From: Chthoniobacter sp.
Lineage (GTDB): Bacteria > Verrucomicrobiota > Verrucomicrobiia > Chthoniobacterales > Chthoniobacteraceae
Direction: 5' to 3'
DNA: 64,000 bases
Assembly: GCA_043779205.1 (NCBI GenBank)
Contig: JAYWEP010000105.1
Location: 7,231-71,230 of the forward strand
Program-made: the position numbers and the translations under genes
Shown: positions 8,888 to 18,238 of the stretch, piece by piece
Layout of the letters: each line of letters opens with the position of its first letter
How positions within the stretch are numbered: the stretch's first letter is position 1
The notes under the pieces: model-generated
What the model saw: the letters and a program-made list of their open reading frames with translations, nothing else
Database searches by the model: none
What the model was told of the DNA's origin: nothing

Positions 8888-11800
8888 CTATCGGTAAATT
8901 TCTTCCAACCGGTGCGTGAGCTGTCGTGCTTCGGCCCAGCCTGCTTCGACGAAAAGATCGAGCACGCTGAGCAGCGCGGCGAGGCAGTCGGATTCCCGGC
9001 CATCCACGCTTTGAAAAATGTCACGGTGATCGGCGAGAGCCCGTTGGATGAGTTTCACCACCTCGCCCACAGCTAGCGATTCGTGCTGATAACCGGCGGC
9101 AGCACTCGAAGTGATCGCTCTTGTGGCGGTGAGGAAGACTTCGCGGGGCGAGCATGGGAGCAGGTGATGGAGAGTTTGCACGAGTTGATGCGCGGTGTGC
9201 GGGTGAATTTCTGCCGACAGCGCATGGAAGATGTCCGCCGACTCCGTCCAGAACCGTCGTTTCTGAGGCTCGGTCAAATGGTCTTCGTCCTTGTTCTGTT
9301 TGTCTGCGAAGGCACCGCTGGCGAAATAAAGTTGCATCGCAATTCCATCCACAAGCTGTGTACTGCGATTGATGGCTTCCTGAGTGAGTGTCACCGCTTC
9401 GGCCTCGGGCTGGCCTGCGGCATGAAGTTGCTGCCAGCGTTTCCTGTGGTGCCGGAGTTTCGCCTGCACGGTGGCGAGCAGCTTGGCAAAGAAAGCCCAT
9501 GTGCGCTGGCGAACGGTTTCGTCGGTTGCCACGACCTTGACGGCATCGCCGACTGTCAGCCAGCCGCCTGCGCGACATTCGTGAAGTTGAGCGAGAAGTA
9601 CGTGGCTGGCGCGGTGCCGGTCGCATTCGGCGATGAGGCGGTTGATGAACGCTTCACAGTCCGAGTCACCGGTTCGCAGGTAACGGAACAAGTATGTGTG
9701 AGCCAGCGTCTCCTGGATGTGGTTTTCATCGGGCGCGCTTTGCATCGCGCGTTCGGCGATTCGTGACAGCCGCGGCTTAACTGCATCCGACGAGCGCCAC
9801 CAAAGCCGGTCGAGCGAATGCACGACCATTTCCAGCACCGAGAACCTGCGCTCGTAGCGGATGAACCGGTCAATGAGCTGCCACATGAGGTTGGGCGCGG
9901 CTTGTTCGAGCGCGGCGAGACGGTCGCCCATGTTAAAGCGGAGCGGGTGCGACTTGTCGCGGCTCAGCTTGAGCAAAGCTGCGGAGACGGCTCGGTCGGT
10001 TCGTCCGATTCGGTAAACGAGCAGCAGCAATCCACGCGCGGCGTCGATGCGCGGCGCAGGCCAACCCCAACTCGGCCACCGGTCTTCCTTCGCGTCCTCG
10101 TTCTCGGATGCCTTGGGCGATGGGTCGGTGGACGCTTTCAGCAAGATGCGGCGGATGGTTTTCCACCGCTCGCTCGTCGCGGGCCAATCGACGTGGCGGG
10201 CGACGCTCTCACACGCACCGACCAGATGGCCCCAAAGCTCGTCAGCCATCTCGCGCTGCTTCTTGCGATGACGACGCAAGGCGCGCTCGCACCGCCCGAT
10301 GACCGCCCAATGCTCCTCGATCTTACCGACTTCGACTTTGCCGCCGTCCTGCTCCCGGAATGGCTTGAGCGCCTCGCGAAGCTGGAAAAGCTCCGCGTTG
10401 GCCCGGTCTTTCAAGCTGATGCCTCGCCTCTCGACCGCCTCCTCGTCTGAATATGTGTGCGAGGTGACATGGATACCCTCCGGCTCTCGATTCACGGGAA
10501 GCGGTGCTTGTTCGGCGCGCTCACTTCGCAGCACCCGAAAGGCTGGCGAAACGATGTCGGCTTCATCCAATGCACCGAGCAGTTTGTTTTGCGAATACTC
10601 CAGCCAGCCGGGCATCGGCTCGCGCGGTTCATCGTGGAGAAAGCGGGCGGTTTGCGGCAATTCGAGAGCCAGCTTTTCCAGCCGCTCGCGCCGCGCGGCG
10701 TCGCCCGATTTGTGCAGCGCGGTGAAAAGCAAAGTTCCGCCATAGCAGTAGTCGGAATGGGTAAGGAAAAGCGATTCGTCGAGCACGGGTGCCAGCTCGC
10801 GGCCGAGCGTGGCGGGATGCCTGGCACCCGCTTCCATGAACAGCATCCAAATCTGCGATGTCCGGTTGCACGCCGCGAAGTGGTCGAGTGCGAGGCGCAG
10901 TCGCTCTGTGTCTCCTGCAGCGGCCCATTCATTCAGCAGCGTCTCGAGCCGTGTGAGGATGCTGCTCTCCTCGTGCTCGTGCCTGCGTCCCCAGATGTGT
11001 CCGTAGTCCTCGACGAGTTCACACTCGACTCCTCGAAAGCGAATTGTCGCCATGACATTCCCGCCCAATTCGCGCCGCTCGCTGCGCCTGCGCACGGCGG
11101 CGTTCCACGCGATGCAGGCGATGTCGGTCATCAAGCCAGCGTTCGTGCCTGCGCGACTCTGGTAGTATTCGGAGAGGGAGTATTGGATGCTGTTCCAGTT
11201 GTCGCTGTTCTGCATGCGCAGCGGCATGATTGCGCCGCCGAAGTTTTCCCACTCGCCCGGTTTCGGCTCCGTCGAGAATGCCGCCTCAAAGAGCTGCAAC
11301 ACCACGGCGTCTCCATCGCTGCCGAGGTGTTTGAGTTGATGCGCGAAATCGAAAAGATCCCAGTGCGGAAAGCCGGCCAGTCGCCGCGGCGTGAGCATTG
11401 TGAGCAGCGCAGCCTCGCTCTCGGACGGCGCGACCGTGAACGTCCGGCACAGAGTCTCAGTCGCCGTGAGCCCGGCATAGCGCCAGCCTTTGGAAACTTC
11501 CTTCGCGACATGATGCGCCAACACTCCGCGGGCCGCCGTGTTGAGTTCGCGCAGTTGGCCGGGGTCGAACGAACTGCTGACCACATTGAGCCGGGCGAGG
11601 ATGTGGACGATGGGCGTTTCCAAAGACGCGCGGCTCGGAAGCAGCCGGGACAGATTCGCCGCGAAGGAACACCACGCACCGGCACCCGCGCGAATCGTAT
11701 CGCTGTCCGCATCCTGCAGGCCGGACGCCATGTGCCGGAGCGCTTTTTCCGCGGGCGAGTCATCGCTCGTCGCGGCCTGAATGGCGGCAAAGAGCGGGTC

Positions 11801-13933
11801 TAAATCCGCCGATGTGTCCACCCGTCTTGCGGCGAGGATCGGCGCGAGAATCCGGGTGATGCCGTGCAACTGCGCCACGCTCTCCATCTTCAGCGCCGCC
11901 TTCCAAAAGCCATCGCGCCCATCCGGGCCGTCCCACAACTCTTCCAGCGCAAACAAGAAACTCTGGCGATAGAAAATCGGCAGCAGCGGTTCACGAACTG
12001 CAAAGTCTGCGAATCGTGAAGACGCCGCAGGAATCAACGAGCGGGCGATGGCGTAGTCGTGGAGCAAGTGGTGGGAAAAGCGCAGCTCGTCTTCGCCCGC
12101 CGGGCTGCCGTGCCGGAGCACCGGCGACTGCAAAATGCCACGACTGCGAAGCTCGTCGATCGCATCAAGCTCCGGCGCACCGAGCGAAACCTCCTGCACC
12201 GAAAGCGCCATGCTGCGGAGCTGCGTCATCCGGCTGCAAATCGACTGAAGCGCAACCTTCCGATGGCTTGCCCCGGCACCGTCCATCACGCCCGCTTTCC
12301 AAAATCGACGCAGCAAGACCGCAGGGCTGCTCCAATCGGCGAGCCGCGCCGGGGAAACGCCGTCTTTCAAAAGCTCCGCAGCGAGCCGCAGAAAGAACGG
12401 CGAGCGATGAATGCCGCCAGCGCGGAGGTTCTTTCGGGCACTGGCGATGAAGGGACCGATGTCCGCGACCCGCGCGACCAGTTCATCGAGCTTGGATTCG
12501 GCCAGGCCCGCCAGATGGAAATGCGCGACGCCCGCAAACTCGCCCGATGAGTGCCCGGCAACGCCATCGCCGGGAAACGCCTCGCGCAACTCTCGCCCGT
12601 GCTTCAAATCGAACTCGCGAACGCTCGCCACCACCGTCCACCCGGACGTTCCCCGCTGCACGTCCTGGAGCAGCCGGCGCAACATCCGTTGCGTCTCCAC
12701 ATCGCGCACCGCGTCGAGCGCATCGGTGATGAGCACGCCCCTCGCGCCGTCGGGCCAATTTGCCAGCACATCATCCAGCGCGCGGGCCAGCCCCGGCAGA
12801 TTCGCCGCGCCTTTCCAGTCCCGGCCAAAGACCTCCTCAGCCAGCAGCAAAACGACGGGGATTTCTTCGCGGCACAGCGCTTCGGCCAGTGGATGAGTCA
12901 GCCCGCTCTTTCCACAGCCCGGCTCGCCAGTGACGAGGAGGTGCCCTCGCTTCGCCGCCGCGACCATTGCCGCCAGCTCTTCCGTGCGTGCGATGTGAAT
13001 CTCCGCCGTCGCGAATCGAAGCAAGGTATGGTCTTTCAGTCGGGCGAGATTGCGGATCGTGAGTCGCCTGAGGAGTTCCACATCGTCCGCGAAGGCCGGG
13101 GAGGTTTTGAGCTTCAAGCCTTCCGCCGCAAGCATCTGCCGGAGCAAGGCAGCCGTCGTGCGCAATCCTTGTCGGTTGGCTTGATCGAAGTGGCGCTGCA
13201 GCTTCCCAAAAATCCGGCGCGACTGGCTCGGTTCGGCGGCCACTAAATTCCGAATGATCTCCTCTGCCGTTCGCTCATGCCGGAGATCGACGCCGAAATC
13301 AAAGACCTCGACATGGACCATCCGCAAAAACTCGCACAGTTGGTCCTCTATCGGCGCTTTCTTCGTGGCCGATTTCCAAGCGAGCTTGGTTTGGGCCAGC
13401 AACGCTTCCATCGCCTTGCGCTCCCGCGTTTGCCGACGTCTCAGGAAATCAGCCAGGCTCGCGCTATCATCTGCTCTGAAGGTGTCCAACACCTTGAGCA
13501 AATCTCGCGTCATGCCAGCACCCGCAGACGACGGCACTGCCCACATGAGGCGGCTTGCCTGCCGATGCGAAGGCGCGAGCCGCGAGAACTGGCGCACGAA
13601 CGAAGCAACAACTTCGGCAAAGGCTGCGCTTTTCGCGGTGAGCGCAATCGTTCCTGCCCGATGCTTCGCGGAAATGAAGATTTTTGCCGAAGGCTCCCCG
13701 CGCAGTGTCACGACCACATCATCCACCGGCTCCGAGTCCTGCATGGTGATGGCGATGATGTTTCCACCATCGATGCCGTCCCAAACCACGCAGCCATCAC
13801 CACCGAGCATCTTCGTCGCGATGCTCGCAGCAACCTGCGCCTCATAGCCGACCCCAACCGCAGTCGCACGACCGCCAAATCGGGACGGGTGCTTGGATGA
13901 CGGATCATGTCTCCGTTTGGTTGCTTTCTCCAT
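8888..13933 (-). CDS. 1681-aa STAND/NACHT-like NTPase with N-terminal Cap4/Mrr-like nuclease fold (Avs/AVAST-like)
   Basis: N-terminal GGRATAVGVGYEAQVA...VDDVVV...IFISAK. Walker A GEPGCGKS, Walker B LITDALD, followed by about 1000 aa of helical C-terminal region. Confidence 0.75.
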   Translation of the reverse strand: MEKATKRRHDPSSKHPSRFGGRATAVGVGYEAQVAASIATKMLGGDGCVVWDGIDGGNIIAITMQDSEPVDDVVVTLRGEPSAKIFISAKHRAGTIALTAKSAAFAEVVASFVRQFSRLAPSHRQASRLMWAVPSSAGAGMTRDLLKVLDTFRADDSASLADFLRRRQTRERKAMEALLAQTKLAWKSATKKAPIEDQLCEFLRMVHVEVFDFGVDLRHERTAEEIIRNLVAAEPSQSRRIFGKLQRHFDQANRQGLRTTAALLRQMLAAEGLKLKTSPAFADDVELLRRLTIRNLARLKDHTLLRFATAEIHIARTEELAAMVAAAKRGHLLVTGEPGCGKSGLTHPLAEALCREEIPVVLLLAEEVFGRDWKGAANLPGLARALDDVLANWPDGARGVLITDALDAVRDVETQRMLRRLLQDVQRGTSGWTVVASVREFDLKHGRELREAFPGDGVAGHSSGEFAGVAHFHLAGLAESKLDELVARVADIGPFIASARKNLRAGGIHRSPFFLRLAAELLKDGVSPARLADWSSPAVLLRRFWKAGVMDGAGASHRKVALQSICSRMTQLRSMALSVQEVSLGAPELDAIDELRSRGILQSPVLRHGSPAGEDELRFSHHLLHDYAIARSLIPAASSRFADFAVREPLLPIFYRQSFLFALEELWDGPDGRDGFWKAALKMESVAQLHGITRILAPILAARRVDTSADLDPLFAAIQAATSDDSPAEKALRHMASGLQDADSDTIRAGAGAWCSFAANLSRLLPSRASLETPIVHILARLNVVSSSFDPGQLRELNTAARGVLAHHVAKEVSKGWRYAGLTATETLCRTFTVAPSESEAALLTMLTPRRLAGFPHWDLFDFAHQLKHLGSDGDAVVLQLFEAAFSTEPKPGEWENFGGAIMPLRMQNSDNWNSIQYSLSEYYQSRAGTNAGLMTDIACIAWNAAVRRRSERRELGGNVMATIRFRGVECELVEDYGHIWGRRHEHEESSILTRLETLLNEWAAAGDTERLRLALDHFAACNRTSQIWMLFMEAGARHPATLGRELAPVLDESLFLTHSDYCYGGTLLFTALHKSGDAARRERLEKLALELPQTARFLHDEPREPMPGWLEYSQNKLLGALDEADIVSPAFRVLRSERAEQAPLPVNREPEGIHVTSHTYSDEEAVERRGISLKDRANAELFQLREALKPFREQDGGKVEVGKIEEHWAVIGRCERALRRHRKKQREMADELWGHLVGACESVARHVDWPATSERWKTIRRILLKASTDPSPKASENEDAKEDRWPSWGWPAPRIDAARGLLLLVYRIGRTDRAVSAALLKLSRDKSHPLRFNMGDRLAALEQAAPNLMWQLIDRFIRYERRFSVLEMVVHSLDRLWWRSSDAVKPRLSRIAERAMQSAPDENHIQETLAHTYLFRYLRTGDSDCEAFINRLIAECDRHRASHVLLAQLHECRAGGWLTVGDAVKVVATDETVRQRTWAFFAKLLATVQAKLRHHRKRWQQLHAAGQPEAEAVTLTQEAINRSTQLVDGIAMQLYFASGAFADKQNKDEDHLTEPQKRRFWTESADIFHALSAEIHPHTAHQLVQTLHHLLPCSPREVFLTATRAITSSAAAGYQHESLAVGEVVKLIQRALADHRDIFQSVDGRESDCLAALLSVLDLFVEAGWAEARQLTHRLEEIYR

Positions 13934-14040
13934 GATGGCTTTCGGCGTTTCGTTTTTTGTTCCCGGAGGTGAAATTGCTACATCGTGCTACTTCGCCCAT
14001 TCAAAATATCCGGGTGACTCGCGGTTTAGCGAGCGTGCGG

Positions 14041-14104
14041 AGCTACTGTCAGCTTTCGTTCGTTGAATAATTTCGCCCTAAGCGATTTCTTTCAGGAGCG
14101 TTGA
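14041..14104 (+). pseudogene. Degenerate second 3' end of a DUF1592/DUF1585-type gene
   Basis: 14078-14104 (LSDFFQER*) matches 2609-2635 (LSDLFQKR*) at 22/27 nt. Upstream SYCQLSFVE[+1 nt]NFAL aligns with AYRLPELIENLVL. The stop lies 10 nt before the DUF1552 ATG, the usual position of the partner gene. Confidence 0.5.
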
Positions 14105-14114
14105 TCCGACGACC

Positions 14115-15500
14115 ATGAGCAACATTCTTTCTCAGCGCTGGCTCCTTTCCCGCCGCCACTTCCTGCGCGGGCTGGGCGCGACGATGGCGCTGCCGCTGCT
14201 CGATGCGATGATCCCGCTGCGCGCCGCGGATGCTGTGGCGAAGCCGCGCCGGAGCGTGTTCGTCTATATTCCGAATGGCGTGAACGGGATGACATGGCAG
14301 GTGACGAAGCCGGGGCGCGGTTATGAGATGTCGGCGGCGCTGAAGCCGCTGGAGGCGCATCGGGAGGAGTTCACGGTGTTCAGCGGGCTGCATCATCCGA
14401 ACGGGCTCGGGCAGGCGCATGTGTGCGCGGATACGTGGCTCACGGGGGCGAAGATCGATGCGCAGAGCGCGCGGCAGTATCACAACACCATTTCGGTCGA
14501 TCAGCTCATGGCGGAGGTCACGTCGCAGCACACGCGCTTCGGCTCACTGGAGTTGTCGATCAGCTCGGGAACCGGGCAGCCGAACAATTCGAGCACGCTC
14601 GCCTTTTCCCGCGATGGCGTGCCGCTGCCGGCGGAAGATAATCCGCGCAATGTCTTTGATCGACTTTTCGGCGAGGAGCCGGGCGGCATTCCGGCGCAGC
14701 GCGCGGGGCTGAACAAACGCCGTAGCGTGCTGGATGCGGTGCTCGATGAGGCGAAGTCGCTGCGCCTCGCGCTCGGCTCGGAGGACGGCACGAAGCTTGA
14801 TGAATATCTCCACTCGGTGCGCGATGTGGAGCAGCGCACCGAGCGCCTCGACGCGTGGCTCGACGTGCCGAAGCCGAAGGTGGATGCCGCACCTTTCCAC
14901 CGCAATGTCTCGAAGGCGCAGGCCGGCGAATACTACCGCACCATGTATGACCTCATCGTGCTCGCGTTGCGCACGGACATGACGCGCGTGGTGAGCTACA
15001 TGAGCGGGAGCGAGGGCAACGGGCTGGCCATTCCCGAGATCGGCATCACCCAATCGCGCCACCAGCTTTCGCATCACAACGGCGATCCGGAAGTGCTCGC
15101 GCGGCTCGCGAAAAGCGACGCGTTCATCATGCAGCAGTTCGCGTATTTCCTCGATAAGTTGAAAACCGAGATGGATGGCGACACGCCGCTGCTCGACCGC
15201 ACAATGGTGCTCTTCGGCAGTGGCATGAGCTATGGACATAGCCACTCGAATAGTAACCTACCCATCCTGCTCGCCGGTGGCCGCGGCCTTGGGCTGAACC
15301 ACGGGCAGCACATCGACTACAACCAGCCGCAGGGCGGTAACTACAAACTCGACTATGACGAATGGCGCAGCCTTTGCGGCAAGCCGAAGGATGAGAAGGC
15401 GCGGCTCAGTAACCTGATGCTCACAATGATGCAGAAGATGGAAGTGAACGCGGAGAAGTTCGTCGATAGCCTCGGGCCGGTCTCGGAAGTGCTGGCATGA
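14115..15500 (+). CDS. DUF1552 domain-containing protein (Tat-exported, PVC-typical)
   Basis: LSRRHFLRGLGATMALPLLDAM N-terminus; TISVDQLMA, PLPAEDNPRNVFDRLFG and NLPILLAGG motifs. Confidence 0.9.
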   Translation: MSNILSQRWLLSRRHFLRGLGATMALPLLDAMIPLRAADAVAKPRRSVFVYIPNGVNGMTWQVTKPGRGYEMSAALKPLEAHREEFTVFSGLHHPNGLGQAHVCADTWLTGAKIDAQSARQYHNTISVDQLMAEVTSQHTRFGSLELSISSGTGQPNNSSTLAFSRDGVPLPAEDNPRNVFDRLFGEEPGGIPAQRAGLNKRRSVLDAVLDEAKSLRLALGSEDGTKLDEYLHSVRDVEQRTERLDAWLDVPKPKVDAAPFHRNVSKAQAGEYYRTMYDLIVLALRTDMTRVVSYMSGSEGNGLAIPEIGITQSRHQLSHHNGDPEVLARLAKSDAFIMQQFAYFLDKLKTEMDGDTPLLDRTMVLFGSGMSYGHSHSNSNLPILLAGGRGLGLNHGQHIDYNQPQGGNYKLDYDEWRSLCGKPKDEKARLSNLMLTMMQKMEVNAEKFVDSLGPVSEVLA

Positions 15501-17329
15501 GAGTCTGGCTGCTGGCCGCGCTCCTCCTTTCGCCGCTGACTCACTACGCCGCCGAGCCTGCGCCGTATCAGCTCAAGCCCGGCGAGTTTCCGCCGCTGCA
15601 TTCCGAGCACCGCGTGAGTGGTGAGTTGGTCGAGGCGGACTTCATTCATCGCACGGGACAGTTTCGGAAGGAGGGCGGCGGCGAGTTAGTGGACTTCACG
15701 CTGACGCCATTCGCCGCCGTCCGCTATCGCAATGCGGAGGCCGATCTCCGGGACATTCCACTCGGGGCGCGCTGCGAGTTTTTTCTGTATCAAGATGCGA
15801 CGGGCGCTTTCACCAAAGCCGCCGCCGTGCAGGCGGAATCCGACGCCGATGCCGCCGCGACTGAGGAGCAGCGGAAGAAGCACAACGCCGTTCTCAAAGT
15901 GCGCGGTCTGGCGGCATGGATTGACCGAGTGGATGGCAAGAAGCTTACCGTCACATTCTTCGGCGACCCAGCCGGTGTGCGCGCTTTGTTCAAGGACGAA
16001 GGCATCGTTCCAGAGCAATGGGCGAAGGAACATCGGCGCGTCTCCGTCGCGGTAGCGAATGAGGAACTGCGGACTTACAACCCGCCCGTGGATAACAAGG
16101 GAGCCATCGTGCAGTCCGTCGAAAGCGTGCCGGTGGATAACTATGGGTGCAGTGGCGAGCGATGGATCATTCAACCGGACTTATTGCTCGAAGGCTTCCG
16201 CAAAGGCCGCGTCGTGCGCATCTTTGTCCACCCATCCTGGCCCATCGCGGACATGCCATTTGGCGAGGGACTTTATAGCGAAGCGCCCGGCGTCAACCCA
16301 AGCGGACCCGAGGCGAATCAGTTTCCCTTCCGCACCGACTTCGGCAACGCCCACCTGCCGTGGTATCAGCTCCAGCCAGGCGAGTTTCCGCCGTATCTCT
16401 CCGAGCACCGCGTCAGTGGGGAGTTGGTGAAGGTGGACGTTCTCCAACGCACCGGACAGTTCCGCACCGATCGCACCGGCGAGTTGGTGGATTTCACGCT
16501 GCTGCCTTTCGGCTCCGTCATGGCGCTCAACGCCGAGGCCGATCTGCGCGATTTTCCGCTGGGGACACGCTGCCAGTTCTTTCTCCACCCGGACGAGAAA
16601 GATGCATTCACCAAGGCCAGCGTCATCACCGACGAATACACCCGCCTCGCCAGCGACAAGCTCACCTACCGCCTCGAAGCCGCGAAGCCCGACCAAGGCA
16701 AACTCCTCGTCGCTTGGAAAATCCCGGAGGTGGAAAACGACAGAAACCGCATGGAGCAGCCGCCCGACCTGGGCCACAGCGAACTCACCACCGACACCAC
16801 CACGCGCGTGTGGAAAGACGACCAGCCCGCGAAGCTCAGTGACCTCGCCACCGGCGATGAACTGCTCGTCAATCTCACCGGCCGCACCGCCACCAGCCGG
16901 GGCCGTTGCACCGACATCTGGGTCGGCACCGAGACCCACAAGGCCGCCACCGCCCGGCAGCGCGCAAAGCATGACGCCTTCCTCAAAGAGCGCGGCCTGC
17001 CTGCGTGGATCGAGCGCGTGGACGGCAAAAGGCTCGTCGTCACGCTCCTCAACGGAACCCATCGTAACGAATTCAAACAGCTCTTCGACGACAACTTCAA
17101 ACCCGGCCAGGAAATCAAATTCGTCCAAACCGACGACACCCTGCACCCCAGCGCGCCCGCGCTGCCGGCCCGGCTGACGGATAACCAAAACATCTCCATG
17201 GTCGCGTACGGTTGCAGCGGGACGCGGATCATCATCGAGCCAAGCGTCCCGTTCGAAGGTGCGCGCCAAGGCGGCATTCTCCGCGTCTTTGCCGCCGGCT
17301 GGCCCGTCACCGCTGCGCCGAAAGACTGA
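15497..17329 (+). CDS. Secreted hypothetical protein with internal duplication
   Basis: ATGA overlap with the DUF1552 gene; signal peptide. Two copies of YQLxPGEFPP..SEHRVSGELV..RTGQFR..GELVDFTL.PF..NAEADLRD.PLG.RC and of RGL.AWI.RVDGK.L, YGCSG.R.II.P. Confidence 0.8.
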   Translation: MRVWLLAALLLSPLTHYAAEPAPYQLKPGEFPPLHSEHRVSGELVEADFIHRTGQFRKEGGGELVDFTLTPFAAVRYRNAEADLRDIPLGARCEFFLYQDATGAFTKAAAVQAESDADAAATEEQRKKHNAVLKVRGLAAWIDRVDGKKLTVTFFGDPAGVRALFKDEGIVPEQWAKEHRRVSVAVANEELRTYNPPVDNKGAIVQSVESVPVDNYGCSGERWIIQPDLLLEGFRKGRVVRIFVHPSWPIADMPFGEGLYSEAPGVNPSGPEANQFPFRTDFGNAHLPWYQLQPGEFPPYLSEHRVSGELVKVDVLQRTGQFRTDRTGELVDFTLLPFGSVMALNAEADLRDFPLGTRCQFFLHPDEKDAFTKASVITDEYTRLASDKLTYRLEAAKPDQGKLLVAWKIPEVENDRNRMEQPPDLGHSELTTDTTTRVWKDDQPAKLSDLATGDELLVNLTGRTATSRGRCTDIWVGTETHKAATARQRAKHDAFLKERGLPAWIERVDGKRLVVTLLNGTHRNEFKQLFDDNFKPGQEIKFVQTDDTLHPSAPALPARLTDNQNISMVAYGCSGTRIIIEPSVPFEGARQGGILRVFAAGWPVTAAPKD

Positions 17330-17407
17330 CCGCGGCACTGATGCCGTCGGAGCGCCGGCGGCAACCCGCCCGCATCTCGGGTGAAGGCGGACAGGGAAAA
17401 GCAGCTC

Positions 17408-17449
17408 GGGCTTTAGCCCAAACGCGCTGCCGACTTTGGGCTGAAGCCC
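17408..17449. repeat. REP-like palindrome (GGGCTT(T/C)AGCCC family), copy 1
   Basis: GGGCTTTAGCCCAAA...TTTGGGCTGAAGCCC. 17431-17449 is the exact reverse complement of 26967-26985. Confidence 0.8.
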
Positions 17450-17452
17450 AGG

Positions 17453-18070
17453 CTACTTCTTAAGCTGCTTGATTTCCTGCGCGGCCTGCTGGGCCACGGG
17501 GGTTTCGGCGTAGCGGGTCATCACTTGCTCGTAGATTTTTCCGGCCTCCTCGGTCTTGCCCCTGGCCTTGAGCAGACGCCCCTGCGCCATGAGCGCCACG
17601 GGGGCGCTGAAGCTGGTCGCGTAGCTCGTCGAGACTTTCTGGTACATGGCCAGTGCGTCGTCGGTCTTGTCCTGCGCTTCGAGATTCGCCGCGAGGCTGG
17701 TCCACGCGCCGCTGATCATCTGGTGATCGGGATACTTCTCCGCAAAGGCGCGGAGCAGCGCGGAGGATTCGTCCAGCTTCCCGTCCTTGCGCAATTGCGC
17801 CGCGGCCAAAAGGTGGGCGTTGCCCGCGGCGGCGGTGCCGGGATATTTTGCGATGAGTTTTTGAAAATCCTCCGTCGACTTCGCGCCGGCGAGCAGATCC
17901 TGCGCGCCCGTCAGCTTCTGCATGCGGAACCACTCCGAGCCGGCCCACGTCGCCAGCGCCACGACGAAGAGCGCGGCGAAGCGCAGGACGTTCGTCTTGT
18001 GTTTGATCCAGAAAACTTCGGCATCGAATCCGGGTTCCGGTGCGGGCGTGATCTCGGCGGGGCTGGGCAT
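17453..18070 (-). CDS. Membrane-anchored tetratricopeptide repeat protein (YfgM-like)
   Basis: One N-terminal TM helix followed by TPR-like helices (ALAMYQKVSTSY, AGKIYEQVMTRYAET). Start taken at MPSPAE. Confidence 0.8.
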   Translation of the reverse strand: MPSPAEITPAPEPGFDAEVFWIKHKTNVLRFAALFVVALATWAGSEWFRMQKLTGAQDLLAGAKSTEDFQKLIAKYPGTAAAGNAHLLAAAQLRKDGKLDESSALLRAFAEKYPDHQMISGAWTSLAANLEAQDKTDDALAMYQKVSTSYATSFSAPVALMAQGRLLKARGKTEEAGKIYEQVMTRYAETPVAQQAAQEIKQLKK

Positions 18071-18131
18071 AGGGCGGGGAAGGTTGCAAACGCCCCGCGG
18101 CAGCGCAAGCCCGCAGAGCATGTCTGCGATT

Positions 18132-18222
18132 TCTTCCTCTTCCTCTTCCGCTTAATCTTCCTCCCACCGACGAAGAGGAAGATTAGGAGGAAGCGGAAGA
18201 GGAAGACAAAAGCGGAAGAGGA
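18132..18222. repeat. Hexamer tandem-repeat palindrome (CTCTTC)n...(GAAGAG)n, copy 1
   Basis: TCTTCCTCTTCCTCTTCCGCTTAATCTTCCTC / GAGGAAGATTAGGAGGAAGCGGAAGAGGAAGA. The GAGGAAGATTA core is shared with 20414 and 46702. Confidence 0.9.
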
Positions 18223-18238
18223 CTTTTCAGCCCGCCCC

